Part shown: positions 18,701 to 32,000 of the stretch, piece by piece
How the letters are laid out: each line of letters opens with the position of its first letter
How positions within the stretch are numbered: the first letter of the stretch is position 1
Source: Candidatus Heimdallarchaeota archaeon
GTDB lineage: Archaea > Asgardarchaeota > Heimdallarchaeia > Heimdallarchaeales > Heimdallarchaeaceae
Direction of reading: 5' to 3'
Assembly (NCBI GenBank): GCA_021399345.1
Contig: JAAFKI010000022.1
Coordinates: forward strand, 18,609 to 50,608
DNA: 32,000 nucleotides
Position numbers and translations under genes: made by a program
Notes under the pieces: model-generated
Seen by the model: the letters and a program-made list of their open reading frames with translations, nothing else
Told to the model about the DNA's origin: nothing
Database searches by the model: none

Positions 18701-18914
18701 TTTGAGAACTTAATTCATTGCTGTTGTAATCTATGTCTACAATACTTGAAGTTTTAATTTTAGTATCTCTAAAAGAGAGGGGAAGGTTTTCTAGATGCAT
18801 TTTTGATAGAAAGTATGAATTAAAGAGAGAAATCAGAATTATCACTATAACAAGAATACCAATAAGTTGGTGCAATTTGTTTCTATTTCCAATGATAATT
18901 CTATCTCCTCGCAT
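15732..18914 (-). CDS. Large surface protein: N-terminal TM, arylsulfotransferase (ASST)-like beta-propeller region, five Ig-like repeat modules, C-terminal TM anchor
   Basis: 1060 aa. The ASST-like stretch includes HCNSINYNPKDDTLLLSCRNLNTIYKINHTSSEVIWALG and LFYHSHASEWVDEETIILFDNDFHN. It is followed by five ~90-100-aa modules of pattern W.I.D..P..Y.I..NG....W......I.......G.YN.TL...D..GN. The C-terminus is ALVGTTLVGALVVILIKKQMIFGKKK. Confidence 0.7.
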   Translation of the reverse strand: MRGDRIIIGNRNKLHQLIGILVIVIILISLFNSYFLSKMHLENLPLSFRDTKIKTSSIVDIDYNSNELSSQIPPIGSLDESEFNVSSSGDYYDSYNLMVLDKTNRVTHVQEIHLVVIDMEGNIISKMFLGSASALVYSVAKFINSTTAVIGGIHTPFLWNFFRNTTQSLSFNGHHDYEYNSNSNTFFTLKHVVSEIDGFEYLFDEIVEYDLEGNIVWSVSTQSFVSHTQWCPFQDINWNARSVTHCNSINYNPKDDTLLLSCRNLNTIYKINHTSSEVIWALGEYGDFDLYDRHGQLKTSLFYHSHASEWVDEETIILFDNDFHNQTNPDIPISRIVEITINEEKKTANESWSYSAPEEFYSSIWGDADRLPNGNRLGTFGEMHHSASSHNAEILEVNSAGEVVWQLGFYDSDFYYYSIYRVERFSFTPLIEDVGNIESNSIEETEIQWDIWSNFRSRTEELCHYRLYLNGTLFKEATQFFSSFWRKTSLEANLGILSSGVYNLTLIIENDSNHSAKSTVIIDVKPFYIRRNGSQNIEFGQAESFLIWNGEAETSLHLNLTIGGVLFNSTSWISSDIALDLNSLGLGEHLVELHLFNNTNLIYNETFFAAVYLLEPPQIITTLTNIMIEWGDVAFIQWNIFDNTPKQWEIYVNGSLYKSNEWEAKNIEINWLIPNYDEAFYNITLKTYDNAGFTASSEVHLLIISPSPPVVYFVNQKTDFQYGIGNITLSWIIHGECSWFLWNNDQLILQGDKQGNLLEFVISNWDPKVWGPGKHNVTLEVIDANSGVTTSLVWVMIWMNLADAHADFLIVQRSAMYLNGENALGAPDGHFTSIVQGYTNGYVTLDMGFQEEILNRNGDDFIIHAKGGDYFVWLSNDIDAPFIYLGEGNGNLSFNLASVSMDQARYIRIQYAGNEYTQLDAIEALYYNKPTWDDVSPIILAQHDLQIWSTVKEVITLWDVFDSNPLNYSITINNELYTFGEWNGSMIVCSVPVNSTGIMSVALILFDAFGNTNRNTLTIEVLSFSLHFIKYFSIALVGTTLVGALVVILIKKQMIFGKKK

Positions 18915-18972
18915 TGCTAAAAAATGAAATAAAGGAATATTTAACTTTTTGTGAAAAAAATATGTGAGAAGG

Positions 18973-19845
18973 TTATCTCTTTTTTCTTCTCAGTAATACA
19001 ATCAAAGCTATGAAAGACAATCCCAGTACATTATAACTCCAATTATATGGAATTAAAGAGCCTTTCAATTCTAGTAAGAAATGGAAATAACCTATTTCCT
19101 CTTCGATTACTACCTCACTTACTCTTTCAAAATACTCATAATCTATGAAGAATTTACTCTCCACTAACAATCCTGTATCGATATCTACTGAATTTTTAAT
19201 CGTAGCTTCGAGGTATTCAAGATCTTTATCAGTTCCTGGTCCTTCCACAAGGTTGCGTTCATACATATACAATTCTGAATAAAAAATATCTTCTTCTAGT
19301 GTAAAACCTACACTATAAACATAATCATACATATATGTTGTATCACCATAGCTATATGTTTCATGATCTTCTCCACTATATCCATAATCTCCTATCTCCT
19401 CATAGAGAGATTCGTAAAGACCATAAGTACCAGTAGCGTTTGTGTAATCTACAGGGGAAATAAAGGGCATTTCATGACCGTATATACCGTAGATCCAAAA
19501 AACAAGCGAAATATCCGAAGGATCTGTTACATTAACATCATTAACATAGACATTATACCATATTTCTCCTATTCCTGCTTCATCTGGATCTTTCATAATT
19601 AATACTTCAATTTTATCTCCTTGCACAAGATCGATATCACCTATATGCATGTAATTTGCATAATAAAGATAGGATTCTCCTTGTTCTTCCAAAGTGGTAA
19701 CTTTCCATTTGAACGTTTTACCTTGTTTGACTTCATCAGAATAAATCAGAGTCCCTGAAGGGTAATCGGCGAAATTTGTAATTGGGCAGAATACAAGAGA
19801 GACCAATAAAAGTAAGTCGATTAATAAAATATTTTTCTTTTTCAT
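18973..19845 (-). CDS. Secreted acidic Tyr-rich protein with C-terminal TM anchor, function unknown
   Basis: Signal peptide (LLIDLLLLVSLVFCP), a D/E/Y-rich body, and a C-terminal TM segment plus RRKKR. Confidence 0.55.
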   Translation of the reverse strand: MKKKNILLIDLLLLVSLVFCPITNFADYPSGTLIYSDEVKQGKTFKWKVTTLEEQGESYLYYANYMHIGDIDLVQGDKIEVLIMKDPDEAGIGEIWYNVYVNDVNVTDPSDISLVFWIYGIYGHEMPFISPVDYTNATGTYGLYESLYEEIGDYGYSGEDHETYSYGDTTYMYDYVYSVGFTLEEDIFYSELYMYERNLVEGPGTDKDLEYLEATIKNSVDIDTGLLVESKFFIDYEYFERVSEVVIEEEIGYFHFLLELKGSLIPYNWSYNVLGLSFIALIVLLRRKKR

Positions 19846-20047
19846 TCTTTCACCTTTTAAGACAAATTTAAAGCTAAACTAAGCCATACTAGTATCACAT
19901 CTAGGATTATAAGTATTTTCCAGATAAAACGACACTTTATTCTATTAGAAGAACTAATTCTTTCTTCTAGATATGAATAAGTATTAGATAATTATTTTTT
20001 TCTTCTTTTTATTTCCATAACTTATCAAAAAAACTATTCTGAATGTT

Positions 20048-21415
20048 TTAAGTTTCAGTTTTATTCTTTCTATTGTTTCTGTTTCCTATGAGATAATAAA
20101 CTGAATAGACTATAATTACTGCTGCAACTATAATTATTGAAGTTGTAATAAATACTGCTTCAATTCCAAATTTGTCCCAAACTGGAGATAAGCTTAATGT
20201 GGATACAGATCGAGAGAGAGACACATAGAATCCTAGTGCTCCAAGAGCCATTCCACGTTGAGTATTTTTTGATACCATGGAAGTTCCTGTATTTACACCT
20301 ATATAACTTGTTAAACTACTTGCACTATATACCATGTATACAACAATCAACCAAGACAAGGAATTCACAAATACCATTAGGATAAGCATACTTGAAGAAA
20401 GAAAGAGTGTAACAAATATTGGTCCCTTGTACCCGAATCTATCAACTAATCGTCCTAGGTAAGGTTTGAAGAAAATCAACACACAAGATGATATCCAAGC
20501 TATTTGTGCAACTACATCGTAAGAGAATCCCTTTGATACAATTAGGAATGGAAAAAAAGCCGTAACCATATATTCTAGAAAAGCTATCGCTAATTGTATA
20601 ACATAAATGAAACTTAGTTTTTTCTGCTTTGTAACTATGAATAATGACCGAAACATAGAAACAAAAGCATCACCCAAAGCTTTCAATTTGGAATCTACTT
20701 GTAGTCGGTCTTCCTTTTTCAGTACTTCAGGCATGAAAAAAGCTAACGCAATCACTCCAATAAGAGAAATACCTGCTCCCCAAAAGAAAAGAATACGTAG
20801 TTGAGACAGGTGATATGTTATTTCAGGCATATTGAGGATATTCATATTTGATGATGGCAAAATTGTAGAAATAGTTATTTTTGATCTTTTTAACTGAAGA
20901 AAAGCTAGCAAAGCGCCTAATATGGCCCCCAAATCTGTTCCTTGGAACAATCTCCCTTGTACCTTACCTAGATTCTTACTTTCTTCTACATCAGAGATAT
21001 ATGCGAATATTACTGGCCAGAAGCAAGACATTCCTATAGCTAAGAATGTTATTGCTACAATTACTAAACTCCAGTGAGACGATATAGCAAGAAAGAACAA
21101 GCTTATTGTGTAAAATCCAGTTCCAGCAATTAACAAAGGTTTTCTACCAATCATTTGTGAAAAGTGTCCTAGAGGAACTCTTAGAAATATCTGGTAGATA
21201 TTTCTTAATGCAAGAATGAGTGTTATCATCCAGACTACAGTATTAATGTCTTTCAAGTGTAAACCAACATAGGACATGAAAATTGTCAATGAAAAACTAC
21301 CAACTATTCCCAGCAATATTGGAGAGAGTCGACGACGATCATCTAGATACAACCTTATTTTAACTTCATTTAGTGTTTTTGATAAAAGGTTGTTATCGTG
21401 ACTCAATATTTTCAA
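20048..21415 (-). CDS. Major facilitator superfamily transporter
   Basis: 455 aa with about 12 hydrophobic segments in two halves split by a central loop. An MFS-like loop motif is present (GHFSQMIGRKP). Confidence 0.75.
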   Translation of the reverse strand: MKILSHDNNLLSKTLNEVKIRLYLDDRRRLSPILLGIVGSFSLTIFMSYVGLHLKDINTVVWMITLILALRNIYQIFLRVPLGHFSQMIGRKPLLIAGTGFYTISLFFLAISSHWSLVIVAITFLAIGMSCFWPVIFAYISDVEESKNLGKVQGRLFQGTDLGAILGALLAFLQLKRSKITISTILPSSNMNILNMPEITYHLSQLRILFFWGAGISLIGVIALAFFMPEVLKKEDRLQVDSKLKALGDAFVSMFRSLFIVTKQKKLSFIYVIQLAIAFLEYMVTAFFPFLIVSKGFSYDVVAQIAWISSCVLIFFKPYLGRLVDRFGYKGPIFVTLFLSSSMLILMVFVNSLSWLIVVYMVYSASSLTSYIGVNTGTSMVSKNTQRGMALGALGFYVSLSRSVSTLSLSPVWDKFGIEAVFITTSIIIVAAVIIVYSVYYLIGNRNNRKNKTET

Positions 21416-21647
21416 GCCCCTTCTCTTGTGGTAGTTTATAGTTGTATTTTAAACATAGTGGATTTACCAGATGAAAAATGAAGAATTCTTTCTTATCCTT
21501 CTAAATCTAATTAGTAGGAACAAATTTCTTTATTATTGAGATTCTAAGGTTTATACATTTAAATTCAGTGCGTTAGCAATTTCCAAAATCCCTTTTCCTT
21601 TTCCACAATTTTAAAATAATCTCTTGATATTAGTGATATAGATTTAT

Positions 21648-22313
21648 ATGTTTCCACACTCACCACAATCGGCAGTACCTCCTGATAAACTTGTCCAACA
21701 ACTAATAGTTCAAGCTATACAAGCATTCTATATTCAAGATTATGAAACAGGTATATATTTTCTTCAACAGATTAAATCTAATTTACCTCGTTACATGTAT
21801 CAATTGAATCCACAGATGAGATCTCTAGCTAAAGAAGTTGTTAAGCTTCTGCAAGATGGGAGCTTAGTTCCAGATAGATCAGCTGATTCTGTAGCAGAAG
21901 CTGCCGCTGATACTCACCCAGGATTATCTGGCAGTTCTCCTGAATATACTCACCCAGTTGAATCTGTTACTCAAGAATTTCAACAACAGCAATCAGAATT
22001 AGTTGAAGCTCCTCAATTAACAGAAACTGAGATAGAAGGACCAACTGTTGATACTTCACAAGATGTTGTTTTTGAACCACAAACTGAATCTGTTGGTGAA
22101 CCAGCTGAGGAGGTTCCAACAGCTCAACAAACAGAAACACCAATAACAGAACCTCCATATGAGGAAACTGAAGCTCCAAGAGGCACATTACCTAGTGATT
22201 TCATCTCGGAGTTATCAACAGCAGTAAGTTCTGTAAGAGACAAAAAGAAGAAGAAGAAAAAGGATGAAAAACTTGTTGGTTCAATGGATGAACTAGAAGA
22301 TTTCGATTTCTAA
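21648..22313 (+). CDS. Acidic, largely disordered protein with a small N-terminal helical domain, a poly-Lys tract and a C-terminal ELEDFDF tail
   Basis: 221 aa. Residues ~10-75 look helical. They are followed by ~110 aa of low-complexity E/T/P/Q/S sequence, then DKKKKKKKDEK and the terminal MDELEDFDF. Local GC content is higher than in neighbouring genes. Confidence 0.5.
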   Translation: MFPHSPQSAVPPDKLVQQLIVQAIQAFYIQDYETGIYFLQQIKSNLPRYMYQLNPQMRSLAKEVVKLLQDGSLVPDRSADSVAEAAADTHPGLSGSSPEYTHPVESVTQEFQQQQSELVEAPQLTETEIEGPTVDTSQDVVFEPQTESVGEPAEEVPTAQQTETPITEPPYEETEAPRGTLPSDFISELSTAVSSVRDKKKKKKKDEKLVGSMDELEDFDF

Positions 22314-22768
22314 TTTTTCTGGTTAATTACTTTAACAACTGTCCAATCATGTCTAATTAAGCTTGTAACTGCAATTTCCAAATCTTGCATTGTTTCTTTC
22401 AGTTTTTCCTTTAAGACCTCCTGAGGAATTGATGAATAAATATTCTTTATCCCTCCATTTTCTAGAGTTTCTGTTTCTTTGCTAATTAAACCTTGCTTAA
22501 TCATGCTTTGAACAAGACGAACTGCTGTGGTACGATCTTTCTTTACTCTATCAGCAATATCCATTATGGATCTTTTTTCTTGTAAAGTATAAAAATAAAT
22601 ATTCACATGAATGCATTTTAATCCGAATAAAAATTCAAAAATGGGGCAGACTTTGTAACTACATTCTAGAAATTCACATCGACAATGCCCATGTTCTAAA
22701 CTTTTGAATATTGTGTCTGGCAAATCTACTAAGCAAGGTTGAACTCGCTTCTCTTTTTTCGTGGACAT
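22310..22768 (-). CDS. Winged-helix transcriptional regulator (ArsR/TrmB/MarR-like) with N-terminal Cys/His-rich segment
   Basis: HTH core: SIMDIADRVKKDRTTAVRLVQSMIKQGLISKE. The N-terminus is CLVDL...HGHCRCEFLECSYKVC. The ORF is trimmed to the ATG at 22768 because the longer track ORF (to 23041) runs antisense into the thioredoxin gene. Confidence 0.55.
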   Translation of the reverse strand: MSTKKEKRVQPCLVDLPDTIFKSLEHGHCRCEFLECSYKVCPIFEFLFGLKCIHVNIYFYTLQEKRSIMDIADRVKKDRTTAVRLVQSMIKQGLISKETETLENGGIKNIYSSIPQEVLKEKLKETMQDLEIAVTSLIRHDWTVVKVINQKN

Positions 22769-22904
22769 AAATGCATCCCTTCGTATGTGTATTAAAATCA
22801 CACAGATAATAAATCTTGTGTTTTTACGAAATGGCAAAACAGAATAGTTTATATGGTGTGCAAAAAGGATACACACTAGAGAATCTTTTTGCCGGTGCTC
22901 GATT

Positions 22905-25849
<2,945 letters not shown>

Positions 25850-25853
25850 CTAT

Positions 25854-27980
<2,127 letters not shown>

Positions 27981-28207
27981 TTATCCAAAAATGGATACCA
28001 GATTTCTGCCGCTTTGGGATTATTGTCGGGTATTTCTCCGAAAATAATCTACTATTAAAAAATAAATTTTACCATTTAAAAATACATTGGTTGGCACTAC
28101 TAAAAGGGCACAAAGCATCAAGAAAAGTCGAATTTAAAGCGTTCAACTAGACAGAAATCTAATTCAACAAACAACAGAATATTTTTTTAGATAACTACTC
28201 TAGTTTC

Positions 28208-28405
28208 CACCTCACGTTTTTTGGCTGAAATTGCGTTTTCTGGGGTGGTAATTATAGCAATTCCTGGGTTTCTTTTACAAAACGTATATAGGCTTCAACT
28301 TTTGGACCCATACTTCCTTTTATGAAGTGTCCATCTTGATGATATTGCAATGCCAAACGAGCTTACCTCAGCAAGAGATTCTGAGTTTTCCTTGTTATAG
28401 TTCAT
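28208..28405 (-). pseudogene. Possible decayed small gene (three collinear ORF pieces in different frames)
   Basis: Reverse-strand pieces: MNYNKENSESLAEVSSFG..., then ARLALQYHQDGHFIKGSMGPKVEAYIRFVKETQELL*, then GIAIITTPENAISAKKREVETRVVI*. They could be joined by two frameshifts. No family was recognised. Confidence 0.25.
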
Positions 28406-28425
28406 ATAAAGAACAATAAAAACGC

Positions 28426-29789
<1,364 letters not shown>

Positions 29790-29847
29790 CAGAACAAATC
29801 AAAAAATAGCATCAAGGATGATTATCATTCATGATGAAATCTAACTA

Positions 29848-29880
<33 letters not shown>

Positions 29881-29907
29881 TAAAAATTTACAGCTAATAA
29901 AATATGA

Positions 29908-30570
<663 letters not shown>

Positions 30571-30578
30571 ACTATCAT

Positions 30579-30973
<395 letters not shown>

Positions 30974-31121
30974 ATTAAGTTTTATGTTCAATAAAACGAG
31001 TAAAATCATCTTTTTGTCAATTTATAAAGAGTAGATTTGCTTAAAATACCCGATTCTTCCTTAATGTATCACAAAAACTTAAAACTATTGTTGTGAAACT
31101 GCTAATAATTTCATACTATAA

Positions 31122-31520
<399 letters not shown>

Positions 31521-31545
31521 GATTCAATATCCAAACAAAAATATC

Positions 31546-31824
<279 letters not shown>

Positions 31825-31837
31825 ACTTAAGTTTTTT

Positions 31838-31893
<56 letters not shown>

Positions 31894-31899
31894 TACGTC

Positions 31900-31983
<84 letters not shown>

Positions 31984-32000
31984 ACTATTAAGTTTATTAA

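Noticed and set aside
28204-28248. 7-bp stem CCACCUC...GGGGUGG enclosing a 28-nt loop (possible small RNA)
   Set aside because: It lies within the putative decayed ORF. The loop is large and unstructured, and there is no promoter or terminator context.
28361-28366. GAG|GUAAGC on the minus strand, resembling a eukaryote-like 5' splice site at the first frame break of the decayed ORF
   Set aside because: Removing the candidate interval up to the next AG does not restore an open frame. A single hexamer match is expected by chance.
29831-29837. AUGAUGA C-box-like sequence in the mtaB/RPA intergenic region
   Set aside because: The downstream sequence lacks D'/C'/D boxes in register. It is more likely part of an AT-rich divergent promoter region.

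Overview
AT-rich (about 30% GC) prokaryotic window. It looks archaeal: there is a roughly 335-nt Alu-containing SRP RNA, an RPA32-like OB plus winged-helix protein, an archaeal/eukaryotic-type MtaB, and a 5S sequence close to crenarchaeal 5S. An Asgard/Lokiarchaeia-like origin is a guess only. Content falls into five groups. (i) [NiFe]-hydrogenase genes: a hycI-like endopeptidase, hypD, hypC, one unknown ORF, then a four-gene group-4 (FHL/HycEFG-like) catalytic module (NuoC-like, large subunit, 2x[4Fe-4S], NuoB-like) with no membrane subunits anywhere in the window. (ii) Secreted or surface-anchored proteins: a beta-helix protein, an S8-like protein with Cys at the nucleophile position, two tandem paralogs, a 1060-aa arylsulfotransferase-like protein with five Ig-like modules, and a 290-aa protein. 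(iii) Housekeeping genes: gyrB-gyrA, thioredoxin with a divergent Cys/His-rich wHTH regulator, an MFS transporter, MtaB, an RPA-like protein and YccF. (iv) Three structured RNA genes that stand out as GC-rich islands: SRP RNA (minus strand), tRNA-Ser(GCU) (plus strand), and a 5S rRNA gene on the minus strand. (v) The most unusual observation is that this 5S gene appears circularly permuted at the DNA level. The canonical 3' half lies upstream of the canonical 5' half, and helix I is closed by a UACG tetraloop. The new ends fall in the loop B/helix III region and are flanked by a complementary leader/trailer stem. No CRISPR array, IS element or integrase was seen. All calls come from reading the sequence and the ORF translations by eye; no searches were run, and RNA ends are good to about +/-5 nt.
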